Positions 38,275-48,812 of a stretch of DNA of 54,080 nucleotides are shown here, one piece after another; the stretch's first letter is position 1; each line of letters begins with the position of its first letter. Position numbers and translations under genes: made by a program. A model generated the notes under the pieces. It worked only from the letters and a program-made list of their open reading frames with translations, had not been told where the DNA came from and ran no database searches. The DNA comes from Desulfomonilaceae bacterium (lineage in GTDB: Bacteria > Desulfobacterota > Desulfomonilia > Desulfomonilales > Desulfomonilaceae), in assembly GCA_041741735.1 (NCBI GenBank), contig JBGSJS010000059.1, positions 1 through 54,080 on the forward strand, read 5' to 3'.

Positions 38275-39177
38275 TTAGAAGACCAAAGAGGCCACTATCC
38301 CCACGGTTCCGAAAGTTTGGCGCAAGAGCAGGTCGTACGACACGGAATTGGCATATTGATTGTCATTGCCTTCGAATCGGCCATACACTTCCTGGTACGA
38401 AAAACGACCGTCAAGGCCCAAAGAAACCCACTGAGAAACTCTCACCGTGCCGCTCATCCGCAGGTCCACAAAACCGCCGGTATTGCCGTATCCTGTGTAG
38501 CTCACAAACAGAGAGTCCTCGTTCCAACGTCCGTCAACCGTTCTCTTCATGAAGAAGGAGCCCAATACCTCAAATCTGCTGCTCCAGAAGGGAAAGGACA
38601 TGGTGGTCTGCAAGCCCACAAACGGCATGTAGGACGCTGTTTTGTCGTCCAGAATGGAGCCGCCGCCTGCGGTCCCTGTCTCCTTACTGCCGGAATTAAG
38701 CCACTGCTCGTATCGATATCCGCCAAGCAGGCTGAATCGGTATCCGCCGCCTTCCCACAGGTGGTAAAGGCCTGCGACTTCCCAGGCGGAGAATTTGGAC
38801 TTCATGCTCCAGTCGTCGGAAACGTCCCCGATGGTTGCTCCGGACGAGTAGATAGATCTGTGGGAACCGACTTTGCTTTCAAGCGCGTTGACGCCGAATA
38901 TGCCCCGGGCGGAGAAGGGCAACCCGGTCACGATTTCCAATTCGCCTTCAATGACCGGGAATCGCGGTTCGGTGTCGACCCGATAGTATCGAGGAGGTCT
39001 GGTGTAAGGTGGGTTATACGGTTTGACAAATGGATGAATAATCTGGGTGCCGAACAGGTACTGCACGCGAACCTGGGAATCCGCTCGAATGTTCCACGGC
39101 AGAAGCTGCCCTTGGCAGTCCCCGATCAGACCCCAGAGAACAAACAGGGTTCCCAAAGCCCTCATACAACTCCGCAT
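38275..39177 (-). CDS. Outer-membrane beta-barrel protein (porin-like), hypothetical.
   Basis: Signal peptide MRSCMRALGTLFVLWGLIG; alternating amphipathic beta-strands rich in Y/G/S/F; the C-terminal residue is Phe (..VGIVASLVF), as in OMP beta-signals. The N-terminal 64 codons of the track ORF were trimmed. Confidence 0.65.
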   Translation of the reverse strand: MRSCMRALGTLFVLWGLIGDCQGQLLPWNIRADSQVRVQYLFGTQIIHPFVKPYNPPYTRPPRYYRVDTEPRFPVIEGELEIVTGLPFSARGIFGVNALESKVGSHRSIYSSGATIGDVSDDWSMKSKFSAWEVAGLYHLWEGGGYRFSLLGGYRYEQWLNSGSKETGTAGGGSILDDKTASYMPFVGLQTTMSFPFWSSRFEVLGSFFMKRTVDGRWNEDSLFVSYTGYGNTGGFVDLRMSGTVRVSQWVSLGLDGRFSYQEVYGRFEGNDNQYANSVSYDLLLRQTFGTVGIVASLVF

Positions 39178-39633
39178 CACCCTACCTCCACTGAATCGAC
39201 CCTTTACCGAATACTCGGAGTCTATACGATCGCGCAAGAGGTTGCAACCAAGAATGTGCGGACAACTGTCAACATGGTGGTAGCCGGTAGCCGAAAGGGA
39301 TCGGCCACGCTGTTGCGCAAGCCGGTGAGCAGCCTCACATGGCGCTCTCCTTGTTACCACAGCGGACATGACCGATGCCCGATTTGGGGGTCGCTGGTGA
39401 TAGACGGACGCCGTGAGAATTGAATTATTTGTGACCGGTCTCCCGGGTGCGCTGCAAAGATCTCCGACCAGTCTCGCCGTCGATACTGAATCTCTTGGAT
39501 CAGGAAGCTCGCCTTGTCTGCCGGTCCCATCGATGCGGCAGAATGGGGAGCCGATCCCTCCGGACCTTCATGGAGTCCTATGTGCTGAGCTCCTGAGCCC
39601 TCTTCGATCCTCCTTACGTCCCCCTTTTGCCGC

Positions 39634-40431
39634 TCATTTCATTTTGGTCATCTCGAAAATCCCGCATCCATAGCTGCAACCAAAATTGCTCGTTGCCTTT
39701 TCCGGCGTTAATTCGACGTTCTCAAAGAGATCGCCTTTGTCATCGACGAAGGAAAACGAGTCAAGCGCAAATCTGTCACCAAGGAGCTCCAACAAATAGG
39801 CAACCGAGAAGACCCTATGAGCGTTGAACTCGATGCGTTGGTCGCCGATGGGGACGGACAAATAGAACTTGCCGCCCACTTTCAAGAGTTTGTGAAGGTT
39901 GTCAATGCCGACCTTATGGCCTTCAAAATCCAGCCGATCGCCATACCTTCCCAGACCGAAATGCTCGAGCGCGTGGAGGCAAGACAACGAATCGCAACAC
40001 TCCGCCATTGATGCCGGAATGTCTCGCGTTAAATCGGATTCCGCAAATGCAATATTACGCACGCCGCCTTTCATGGGCCTCACATCAAGTACCACGATAG
40101 ATCTGAACGATGCGACGTGGCCTACAAAGCCATCAATTCGCGATCCCACATCAACGTGAGTCTCCGGAGCATTTCTGAAAATCCTTCGCGCGACAAGGAG
40201 GTCCTGATGAAAATAGTGACCGCTTGCGGTACCGCCCTCGGAAAACCTATCGTGCAGACAGGGGTAGGGCAGACCTACGCTAAAATGGTCCCGAGAGCTT
40301 GCCTGCTGTCTTTTGAACTCCGCCAAGTCCCTGAGATAAAGCGGCAATGCCTGGAGGCCGCGCACCATTTTGAAGGGGTCTATCCCGAACGACCTTATAA
40401 CGGCATAGATCCGCCGCAAGATCTCTACCAA
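39634..40431 (-). CDS. Class I SAM-dependent methyltransferase-like protein (DUF268-like).
   Basis: 265 aa. VDVGSRIDGFVGHVA..VVLDV.. Rossmann-like core. The call is moderate. Confidence 0.5.
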   Translation of the reverse strand: MVEILRRIYAVIRSFGIDPFKMVRGLQALPLYLRDLAEFKRQQASSRDHFSVGLPYPCLHDRFSEGGTASGHYFHQDLLVARRIFRNAPETHVDVGSRIDGFVGHVASFRSIVVLDVRPMKGGVRNIAFAESDLTRDIPASMAECCDSLSCLHALEHFGLGRYGDRLDFEGHKVGIDNLHKLLKVGGKFYLSVPIGDQRIEFNAHRVFSVAYLLELLGDRFALDSFSFVDDKGDLFENVELTPEKATSNFGCSYGCGIFEMTKMK

Positions 40432-40794
40432 TTTCCCTCCAGTCCGCCACCGTTATCGACACAGCTCCGTCATCCTTGCCATCAACTTAGTCAACTGCGG
40501 TGCCGCACTCTTCGTGACCGATACCCGGACAAGCCCCTGACCCGACTTCTCGCTGTCGGTTGAAGCGGTTCATCGCCTGTTCCCGGCTGTTTTCCATGTC
40601 GAGAGCATACGCGGTAGTCTGTCCGTCTTGCCCCCGCTCACGGAGGATGGCTCTTGCTGCAGACGAGAATAAGGCCGGCACGAAAAAAAGACAAGGAGTG
40701 TCTTCCGTTCTTGTGCTCCTCGACGTTTTTTCGGTTATTGTCGACCTGAACGGAGCCCATCGCGGACCTGTTGTGCAATGAATCGTAACGAGTT

Positions 40795-41817
40795 ATGATG
40801 ACTCAGGATGACCGGCTCCAAGCATCGGGAGGCCTCGAATTGGTACACCGAATCTCTCGTGCTCTCCCCGGCACCTTACCTTGCCCAGAGAAGGCCACCG
40901 TTATGCCGGAACCGGCAAAGAGAACCATCAAAGTCAAACCCATACTCGCCGATCTTCGCGCCGGATTGGACCCGCCGGCTCTGAAGAGCAAGTACGGCCT
41001 CTCAGATCGTGAGCTCAAAGCTGTTTTGAACAAGCTTGAGAGCATGGGCGCTCTGCCCCCCGGCGTCCTGTCCCGCAAGCCGGCTCCGGGTCGCCGGGAA
41101 TCCGGGGTCTCCTCCGGACGGTCGTCCGAGCCTTCCACCACAAGACGAGGGGAGGGGCTGGATTCTCCCGGCCCTGCGATTCAGACGCCGGTGCGATGTC
41201 CCATATGCCATGCCGACAAGAAAACCCTCTCCGCGCCCTGTCCTCAATGCGGTGCTCTCCGGGGCGGATCGCTCCTTCGAGATGCTCCCGGCATTCCCGT
41301 GCCGGAGGGGGACAGGCGCCATGTCGCACGGGTTTCCAGACCGCCGCAACAACGTTCGTCAAATCCGTGGGTGACCATCGGCATCACCACGGTGATATTT
41401 TTCGCTATCGGCTTGGGATTGTTGGCAGTCTCGTCCCATCGGTCCACCGTGACATCCAGTCTGCCCTCTTCCCTCTCAACGGCCGGGTCTGAAGGCATCA
41501 TGAAGATTACCGCGTCGAATTTTCAAACGGACGTGGTGGAAGCTTCCAGAACCAAACCGATACTCATTGAATTCTACGCGGATTGGTGAGGGCCGTGCAG
41601 ACGGATGGAGTCCGTCCTCGCAGATGTGTCCGCAGAGCTCGGTTCCGACGCAGTGATCGGGAAGATTCACGAGAAGGAGCGGGCGCTTTTCGCAAAGTTC
41701 GGGGTGAGAGGGATTCCGGCTCTCTTCATTCTCCGCGACGCTGAAGTGAGGCAGCGCTTTGTGGGCACACAGCCGAAGAGAGTGCTGATCGATGCCTTGA
41801 AGAAGCACGGCTCGTGA
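40795..41817 (+). CDS. Selenoprotein: membrane-anchored thioredoxin with a W-U-G-P-C active site (UGA at 41587-41589) and an N-terminal cytoplasmic zinc-ribbon region.
   Basis: Track ORFs 40795-41589 and 41605-41817 share one frame and are separated by TGA. Read-through gives ...KPILIEFYADW-U-GPCRRMESVLADV...VRGIPALFILRD..., the thioredoxin fold with Sec replacing the first Cys of WCGPC. A hairpin GACGGA-UGGAG-UCCGUC (41600-41616) starts 11 nt after the UGA. Upstream in the protein are a C-x2-C...C-x2-C zinc ribbon (CPICHADKKTLSAPCPQCG) and a TM helix (WVTIGITTVIFFAIGLGLLAV). The true start may be the internal MPEPAKR (40900). Confidence 0.75.
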
Positions 41818-41835
41818 CCCCGATCTTCCATGCCG

Positions 41836-42822
41836 TCAATCCTGCAAATCTTTCCACGCGGGGATGAAACCCAATCCGTCGGCCCTTTGAACGGCATTGA
41901 TCGCGGCTTTTCGCACCACATCGGATGCAAGAAGCCCGATGCGGTTGGGGTCCGCGTCTTCACCGCCCACACTGAGGGCAATGGTAAGGTCTCCGTCCAC
42001 CTGGGTATGGTAGGGTGCGATGACTCTGCCTATTCCGAGGGTGGCCTGTGCGGCTATCCTGGCTGCGGCGACCTTGTCCGCGCCGGCGTTGAATGCAACG
42101 ACAGCGAGGGTGGTATTCTGCACGGAGATCCTGCGGGAACGGGCTTTGCCTTCTCGCAAGAGTCTCGCGGCGTCGGCAAGCTCCATCGAATTCGGGCTCA
42201 CGCGGGCTCCTGCCAATAGACGGCCTTCTTCGTCGGTGACGTCGCCGTAAGCGTTGACCACAACGAGGGCTCCCACGATGAGATCGCCCGATCTAACCGA
42301 TGCCGAGCCCAGCCCCCCCTTCATTCCTTGTTGAATGCCGAAGACTTTTCCCACGCCGGCCCCGGTTCCCGCACCGACGCTGCCTTGCTCGATGGGGCCC
42401 GACGAGGCGTTGACACAGGCCTGACGTCCCATGGCAGCGTCCGGGCGGCGAGAGCCGTCGCCAAGGTTGAGATCGAATATCGCTGCAGTGGGCACAATGG
42501 GAACCGTCTGACCGACAACCTCAAAACCGATTCCCTGCTCCGCCAGATACGCAAGCACTCCTCCCGCAGCATCCAGGCCGAACGCACTGCCGCCGCACAG
42601 ACAGAGCGCGTGCACTCTATTCACCGGATGCGCCGGGCTCAGGGAATCCATTTGTCTGGTGGAAGGGGCGCTCCCCCCCTTGTGTAGACCGGCTTCCGCG
42701 CCTTCAGGCGGCACAAGGATCACCGTCACGCCGGTTGCCGCAATGCGATCGGTTGCGTGGCCGACCCTGATTCCCCGGACGTCGGTGATATCTCCATGCA
42801 AAGTGGTTGTGCTCGGGGTCAT
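41836..42822 (-). CDS. DmpA/ArgJ-fold (P1/S58 family) aminopeptidase.
   Basis: 328 aa. ..GIRVGHATD...GVTVIL......GGSAFGLDAAGGV...IVPTAAIFDL matches the DmpA L-aminopeptidase/D-esterase family. Confidence 0.8.
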   Translation of the reverse strand: MTPSTTTLHGDITDVRGIRVGHATDRIAATGVTVILVPPEGAEAGLHKGGSAPSTRQMDSLSPAHPVNRVHALCLCGGSAFGLDAAGGVLAYLAEQGIGFEVVGQTVPIVPTAAIFDLNLGDGSRRPDAAMGRQACVNASSGPIEQGSVGAGTGAGVGKVFGIQQGMKGGLGSASVRSGDLIVGALVVVNAYGDVTDEEGRLLAGARVSPNSMELADAARLLREGKARSRRISVQNTTLAVVAFNAGADKVAAARIAAQATLGIGRVIAPYHTQVDGDLTIALSVGGEDADPNRIGLLASDVVRKAAINAVQRADGLGFIPAWKDLQD

Positions 42823-42856
42823 ATTCGTTCCTGCCGTGCCGATTGATAACAGGCGC

Positions 42857-43450
42857 CTATCGAGTGAGGTCGCATTTCATCAGGAAACAGCCCCCTTCGT
42901 GGGGGATAAGCTCGTGTGACCCGATCTCTACGCGTTGTACTACCTCGAACCCGCATCGTTCGTACAGCGGCAAGGCTGTCGCGTTATCGGCAAAGGCCAC
43001 GAGACAGAGGCTCCCGAATCCGTTTTGCACGGCCCTGGCCTTGGTTCGGGCAATGAGCTCGCCTCCTACACCTTGCTTTCTCACACCGGCGTCCACGGCC
43101 AAGGAATCGAGAAACCAGCTCTCGTCAACCCGCAGCTCGAAAAAATCATTGAGAAAATCGAGTCTTTCCTGAGGGAAGAACTTGCGGTTCTCTTCGGTCA
43201 ATCCGTAATAGCGGCCGGCGTAGGAGAGCGACATCCCCACAATCTTCCCGTCTCTCTCCGCGACGATGGCACTCTTGTACGAACGGTGGGAGTCACCGTC
43301 TTCCATAACATGAGCCATCACTTCCACCGGGGTGAATCCGGGGATCAGGTCGTGAAAGAGGTATTCAACGACACCTCCCGAGGCGATGCTGATGAGCTCG
43401 GCCAGACGCACGGCGTCTTTTTTCTTTCCGTCTCGATAAGTTATCTGCAT
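42857..43450 (-). CDS. GNAT family N-acetyltransferase.
   Basis: Start MQITYRDGKKKD; acetyl-CoA binding motif (RKQGVGGELI..). The track ORF has a 16-codon Cys-rich upstream extension. Confidence 0.7.
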   Translation of the reverse strand: MQITYRDGKKKDAVRLAELISIASGGVVEYLFHDLIPGFTPVEVMAHVMEDGDSHRSYKSAIVAERDGKIVGMSLSYAGRYYGLTEENRKFFPQERLDFLNDFFELRVDESWFLDSLAVDAGVRKQGVGGELIARTKARAVQNGFGSLCLVAFADNATALPLYERCGFEVVQRVEIGSHELIPHEGGCFLMKCDLTR

Positions 43451-43494
43451 GTGGAGAGACCTCCTACAAGCTTTGCAGATTTCACAGCAGCGTT

Positions 43495-44694
43495 TCAATT
43501 AGGCCCGACGGTCATCTCGCCCTCCGTCTTGACGCGGAGCAACGGGGCAAGGGCCAAACCGGCCAGCAGCATCCCGCTGCAAGCGTAGTAGAGAGTCGGA
43601 TAGCCCCAATGAGCCAACACGGGTGCACCCACGACGGGACCTACGAACCAACCGGCCTGAAACATCTCCATGGCCAAGTTGGTGTTTAGAGGGCGGAACC
43701 TGGGTTCGGAGACATCGAAGAGCAGGGCGCTCAGCATGGGCATGACCACGCCCCATCCAAGGCCCAGAACGATTCCCATGCCGTAGAATGATACCGGTCC
43801 GGAGAGATGGGCCATTGCCGCGCATCCCAAACAGAGCCAGGCAATGGACCCCAAGAGAAGCTTGGGTTTGTCCAGTCGATCGAAGAGATGTCCGGCGAAG
43901 ACCCGGACCCCGATCTCCGTCATTGTGGAAAGGGTAAAGAACCAGCCGGCATTGGCAACGCCGATGCGATCGCCGAAGCCCTTGAGGAAATAGAAGACCG
44001 GGGTGAAGGAAGCCCACACCAACAGCGATAGAACGAGGATGGCCACCACCCGGGGATTTCTCAAATTTTTGCCGAGCTCTTTGAGGTTGATTCCCGATTC
44101 GGGGCTTTTTGCCGAGTCTTTCGGTTGAGACCCCACGAGCCCCAAAAGAGGGAAGGTCAAAACCATGGCAATCGCACAGAGCTCCAGCACGCCGTCGAAA
44201 CTCCCCAGGCGGCGGGTAAGTGGGTCCAGGAGGGGTGGAAGAACCGCGTACGGCAACAGGGTAATGACGGAAAAGAGGCCGAAAGCCTGGCCGCTCATGC
44301 CCGGCGGAATGCAACCGACCATCCGGCTGACAATGGCGGTCACCATGACGACGTAGCCTGCGCCGTGCGCCACGCGCAGCAGGGCCATGGTCCGGAAGTC
44401 TCTGGTCTCATTGTAGAGCAGCAGGCATGCAATCACGGGAACACACCCGACGGCTATCCACCGCCTTGCATTGTCCGGATGAAGAAACGGGCTGATAAAG
44501 GGCCTGATTGCCAATACAGACAAGGAGAAAAGGGCGATGAGCAGGCCGAACCATTCCTTGTCGATAGGCAATGTGCCGAGGTACTCGTGGAATTTGAAGA
44601 AGACCGCAATATTGCAGAACGCTAGAAAAACGATCCCGTTGAGGGCGAGAAACTCACGCGTGAAGAGGGCTCTAAGATCGGCCATACATGGCAC
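43495..44694 (-). CDS. MFS transporter.
   Basis: 399 aa, ~12 predicted TM helices, MFS-like loop motifs. Confidence 0.8.
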   Translation of the reverse strand: MPCMADLRALFTREFLALNGIVFLAFCNIAVFFKFHEYLGTLPIDKEWFGLLIALFSLSVLAIRPFISPFLHPDNARRWIAVGCVPVIACLLLYNETRDFRTMALLRVAHGAGYVVMVTAIVSRMVGCIPPGMSGQAFGLFSVITLLPYAVLPPLLDPLTRRLGSFDGVLELCAIAMVLTFPLLGLVGSQPKDSAKSPESGINLKELGKNLRNPRVVAILVLSLLVWASFTPVFYFLKGFGDRIGVANAGWFFTLSTMTEIGVRVFAGHLFDRLDKPKLLLGSIAWLCLGCAAMAHLSGPVSFYGMGIVLGLGWGVVMPMLSALLFDVSEPRFRPLNTNLAMEMFQAGWFVGPVVGAPVLAHWGYPTLYYACSGMLLAGLALAPLLRVKTEGEMTVGPN

Positions 44695-44754
44695 CGTCCG
44701 GTATTCCGAGGGTAGGAGAGGCCGGACCGTCCCGTCTCGTCCCGATTGGGGAGG

Positions 44755-45615
44755 TCACGCCTCGGTCACGGGCACGTTCGCATAATCGTTGAGGCGAAGC
44801 AAGAGAGCCCCGGCGAGCGTCTTGCGATACTCTGCTCCCGCTCGAACGTCGCTGATGGGGGAAACCGTCTTTTCCACGAGAGCTGCCGCTCGCCGCAGGG
44901 TATCGGGGCACAGCTTTTCACCACAAAGCGCTTCCTCGACCTCCGCTGAGGTGACCACCGTAGGTCCCACGCTCCCCCACGCGAGCCTGACCGCTTGGAT
45001 CACACCCGAGTCGGATACTTCCATAAGTGCAGCCATGCTCGCTACCGAGCAGGCCTGGGCTTTACGCCTCCCGACTTTCTCATAGTGCTGAACATTCCAC
45101 CGCGCATTCTTGCCCAGCCGGACCCCTGTTACAACTTCACCCTTTTCCAGAGCCGCCATCCCGGGGCCTTGGATGAAATCGCCGATCGGAGCTCGTCTCT
45201 CCCCATCGGCCGATCGGATCTCCACCTCCGCCTTCAACGCGTAAAGCGGCGGCAAGGTGTCGCCCGCCGGGGAAGCGGTCACGATGTTGCCCCCTATGGT
45301 TCCCATGTGTCGGATGGGTGGGGAGCCCAAAACTGCCAGGGCTTGAGCCAGAACGGGGAACTCCCGTTGAATGAGAGTAGTCTCCAGCAGGCGGCTATGA
45401 GTGGTAGCAGCGGCTATGAAAACCTCTTCACCTTCGTCCCTCACGCCGATGAGCTCCTCGACGCGCTCCAGACAGATCAAGCATTCCGGCGCTTCCAACC
45501 CCGACCGCATCTTGACCAGGAAATCGGTGCCGCCCGCATAGAGCGCCGCATCGGGCTCATTGCCGAGGACCGTCCAAAGCTCCTCAAAATTTCTTGGCAG
45601 ATGAACCGATCTCAT
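44755..45615 (-). CDS. FAD-binding (medium) subunit of a xanthine dehydrogenase/CO dehydrogenase-family molybdoenzyme.
   Basis: Start MRSVHLPRNFEELWTVLGNEPDAALYAGGTDFLVKMRSG (CoxM/XdhB FAD-binding PCMH fold). The ATG overlaps the upstream stop as ATGA. The 263-codon N-terminal extension in the track ORF is antisense or overlap noise. Confidence 0.85.
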   Translation of the reverse strand: MRSVHLPRNFEELWTVLGNEPDAALYAGGTDFLVKMRSGLEAPECLICLERVEELIGVRDEGEEVFIAAATTHSRLLETTLIQREFPVLAQALAVLGSPPIRHMGTIGGNIVTASPAGDTLPPLYALKAEVEIRSADGERRAPIGDFIQGPGMAALEKGEVVTGVRLGKNARWNVQHYEKVGRRKAQACSVASMAALMEVSDSGVIQAVRLAWGSVGPTVVTSAEVEEALCGEKLCPDTLRRAAALVEKTVSPISDVRAGAEYRKTLAGALLLRLNDYANVPVTEA

Positions 45616-46088
45616 GATTCCTCGCCTGCTTTGCAGTACGGAATGGCCTTTTCCACGGCATCGACGATCTTCTGGTATCCGGTGCACCTGCAGAGATTCC
45701 CTGCCAGGCCCTGCCTGATTTCTTCCCTGGTCGGCTCGGGGTTGCGATTCAACAGATCCACCGAGGCCATGACCATGCCCGGAATGCAAAAGCCGCACTG
45801 TACTGCGCCGTGCTCGATGAATGATTCCTGGACCGCGTGGAGGCTTCGGCCGCCGTCCAGCCCCTCCACGGTGGTGATTTCGCATCCGTCCAGCTGCACC
45901 GCAAGCATGAGACACGACAGTCGGCTCTCCCCGTTGACGAGAATCGTGCAGGCTCCGCAATCGCCGGCTCCACAAGATTCCTTTGTTCCGGTCAATCCCA
46001 TGTCTTCCCGCAGCAGATCCACTACCCGACGGTCCGGCCTCACATCGATATTGGTGTCGGTTCCATTGAGCTTGAACGAGATCCTCAC
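45612..46088 (-). CDS. [2Fe-2S] (small) subunit of the XDH/CODH-family molybdoenzyme.
   Basis: GTG start; C-x4-C-x2-C...C plant-type cluster (CGAGDCGACTILV) and a second C-x2-C...C-x-C cluster (GAVQCGFCIPGM...CRCTGY). Confidence 0.9.
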   Translation of the reverse strand: MRISFKLNGTDTNIDVRPDRRVVDLLREDMGLTGTKESCGAGDCGACTILVNGESRLSCLMLAVQLDGCEITTVEGLDGGRSLHAVQESFIEHGAVQCGFCIPGMVMASVDLLNRNPEPTREEIRQGLAGNLCRCTGYQKIVDAVEKAIPYCKAGEES

Positions 46089-48454
46089 TCTCTACCTCCA
46101 TCCCTTTCTTTGCTTTCCAGCGCGGCCTTGACCCGCTCCGGAGTGAGAGGGAATTCCGAGCAGCGGATACCGCAAGCATCCCGGACGGCATTGGCCACAG
46201 CAGGGAGAGGGCCGTTGGTAGCGATCTCTCCCACCCCTTTGAGTCCGAAGGGGCCTGTGGGCTCGTGGATCTCCACGGCAAGGGTCTCCATTTCGGGAAC
46301 ATCCGGTGCCGTGGGAACGAGGTAGGTGGTAAAATCCGGGGTGAGCACTTGCCCGTTGAGCACGTCGAACGATTCGGAAAGGGCGAATCCCAGGCCCTGG
46401 GCAATCCCCCCCTGAATCTGCTGCTCGTACACCTGCGGGTTGATCACCTTGCCGCAATCGCTGATCGCCACATAGCGTTTCACATCGACAATACCGGTTA
46501 TCTCGTCCACCTCCAGGGCAGCCGCATGCGCTCCGTACGAAAAGAGCGTGTGAGGCAATCCGTGAAGGCTCAGGTTCTCTTCAACCCCGAGGCCGTCCCG
46601 CGCAACCGGTGCCCTGAAGTGATGAACGGCAACCCGTTCGTCGTCGTTGAGGAATGCCGCCAGTCTCGACAGCGGCACCTCTCGACCCGACGGGAGGTGT
46701 TTCACCGCTCCGGGCACAAGGACCATGTCGTTCGTGTCACGGATCATGAGCAGATCGGCCGCGCGCTGAAGAATCCGATCCTTGAGAATTTCCGCGGCGC
46801 CGATCAAGGCGTTGCCGAAGGTGTACGTGCAGCGGCTCGCCGATGCGGACCCGCTCGGAAGTGTCCGGTCCGTATCCGGTTGAATCAAGTCTATGGCGTC
46901 GGCGTTCTGGTTGAGCAGCGCCCCTACTATCTGCAGATTGGTGCTCGCGTTTCCCTGACCCATATCCACTACACCGCAGTAGACGACTATTCGTCCCTCT
47001 CTCGTCAATTCGAGCTTTGCATTGGCGTAATCGGGCACCACCGGACCGTACCCGGAAGCGTGCATCAGCGCCGCGATCCCTACGCCGCGACGCTTGGAAG
47101 AGCCTGCACCGGCCTTCCAGGCTTCACGGTCTTTCCAGAGTTTGTGCTTCGACAGTGTTTCGAGACAATCAGTCAGGCCGGTGGAGGAGACCAGGGTCTT
47201 ACCCACGCAGTTCCTGTCGCCGATCTTCAGAGCGTTTTTCAGGCGGAGCTCCACCGGGTCCATTCCCAGGCGCGCGGCGAGGATGTCCATCATCTGCTCG
47301 ACGGCAGCGGTCACCTGCGTCACTCCAAAGCCCCGAAAAGCACCGCCGATGGGATTGTTGGTGTACACGCACCATCCCCTGAGCGCGGCATGGGGGATGC
47401 GGTAAGGACCGCCGGCGTGCTCCAGGGCAAGAGCGAGAACAACTCCTCCGAGATGATCGTACGGCCCTGTATCAAGATAAAACTCCACATCCAGAAAATG
47501 GAGTGTCCCGTCATTTTTGGCGCCAAGCCGGTAGCGCATCTTCGCCGCATGGCGTTTCGTCCCGGCCAGGAACGATTCTTCACGGTCCCACCACATCTTG
47601 ACCGGTCGGCCCCCTGAATTGAGGGCAGCGAGTGCGAGAAGGCTCTGCACCGTTACTCCATCCTTGCCTCCGAAAGCGCCGCCGACATAGGGCGCCACGA
47701 CCCTTACCCGGGACGAATCCAGACCCAGAGCCTCGCAAACCTCCGCACGGTCACGGAAAGGCGTTTGGGTCGAGCAGGTAATGACGATCTTGCCGTCCGC
47801 TTCCGTGCAGGCCCACCCGGATTCGGTCTCCAGGTACGCGTGCTCCTGCCTCGGCGTCTCGAAGCACCCCTCAACAATCAGATCGCATTCCAGCTCGGCA
47901 TCCGACGGCGATCCTATGCTCAGATCTCCTTTGAGGAGGATATTCCCTTCCGGGCTGTCTTCGTGAACGAGAGGGGCACCTTCCGCCAGGGCTGCTTGCG
48001 GATCGAACACGCCGGGCAGCGGCTCGCAATTGACACGGATCAAGCGGATCGCCCTCCGGAGGACCTCTCTGCTCTCGGCCAGGACGAGGGCCACCGGGTC
48101 CCCGCAATGCCTTACCTTGTCGTCCACGAGGACTGGCTGGTCTTTTCTCACGACCCCTTGACGGTTGGTCCCCAAAACATCTTTGTGCGTGAGGACGCGA
48201 AGAACCCCCGGCATCTCCGCGGCTCGGGCGGCGTCAATACCAACCAGTCGACCGTGAGGCAGACCGGCCCTTTTCACCCCGGCCCAAACCATGTCACTGG
48301 AGTAGAAATCTGCCGCGTACAACTCTCTGCCCGTCACCTTGTCCAGTGCGTCGGCCCGCGGAAGCGTGACTCCAATTTGTGGTGTGCCATGGCGCTCGCC
48401 TGCACGAGAAATGCCCGATGATCTCGGGAGCACGTTTGACGTTACCTTGGACAA
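46085..48454 (-). CDS. Molybdopterin-binding (large) subunit of the XDH/aldehyde oxidoreductase/CODH family.
   Basis: 789 aa. ..RADALDKVTGRELYAADF.. N-terminus typical of the family; its stop overlaps the FeS subunit start. The start codon is TTG in the track and the true start is uncertain. Confidence 0.85.
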   Translation of the reverse strand: MSKVTSNVLPRSSGISRAGERHGTPQIGVTLPRADALDKVTGRELYAADFYSSDMVWAGVKRAGLPHGRLVGIDAARAAEMPGVLRVLTHKDVLGTNRQGVVRKDQPVLVDDKVRHCGDPVALVLAESREVLRRAIRLIRVNCEPLPGVFDPQAALAEGAPLVHEDSPEGNILLKGDLSIGSPSDAELECDLIVEGCFETPRQEHAYLETESGWACTEADGKIVITCSTQTPFRDRAEVCEALGLDSSRVRVVAPYVGGAFGGKDGVTVQSLLALAALNSGGRPVKMWWDREESFLAGTKRHAAKMRYRLGAKNDGTLHFLDVEFYLDTGPYDHLGGVVLALALEHAGGPYRIPHAALRGWCVYTNNPIGGAFRGFGVTQVTAAVEQMMDILAARLGMDPVELRLKNALKIGDRNCVGKTLVSSTGLTDCLETLSKHKLWKDREAWKAGAGSSKRRGVGIAALMHASGYGPVVPDYANAKLELTREGRIVVYCGVVDMGQGNASTNLQIVGALLNQNADAIDLIQPDTDRTLPSGSASASRCTYTFGNALIGAAEILKDRILQRAADLLMIRDTNDMVLVPGAVKHLPSGREVPLSRLAAFLNDDERVAVHHFRAPVARDGLGVEENLSLHGLPHTLFSYGAHAAALEVDEITGIVDVKRYVAISDCGKVINPQVYEQQIQGGIAQGLGFALSESFDVLNGQVLTPDFTTYLVPTAPDVPEMETLAVEIHEPTGPFGLKGVGEIATNGPLPAVANAVRDACGIRCSEFPLTPERVKAALESKERDGGRE

Positions 48455-48812
48455 TCTTTATCCCCTTGCTCCAGGTCCGAAATGTGGAGCCTTCAGACCT
48501 TGGGCAGTCAATCAGGGCAATCAGCGGCTTCTGGATCGTCGCTGTCTACCGTGGCGGAACTATAACATTTGGGGACGGAACGTCGGTATGATTTTCTCCA
48601 AAGCCTTCACGTCGACAGCCCGCAATCCTACCCTGGCAGATCCGATCATACCCTACCCCACAGACATGTCTTTTCGCGGCTCCCAGCGTTTCTCACGCTC
48701 TGAGTGCTTCCGTCAAATGCGTTGACAGAAAGGAGCGAATGGTCGATGAATACCGGGGTGAGAAAAGAGTGAGAAACTTGAAACGATACGTTGAGAAGAG
48801 AAAGGGAGCGGC

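Noticed and set aside
44755-46404. 549-aa version of the FAD-subunit ORF
   Set aside because: Only the C-terminal 286 aa match the CoxM/XdhB fold. The N-terminal 263 codons overlap the 2Fe-2S subunit gene in another frame, so the start was moved to MRSVHLP, which has the ATGA coupling.
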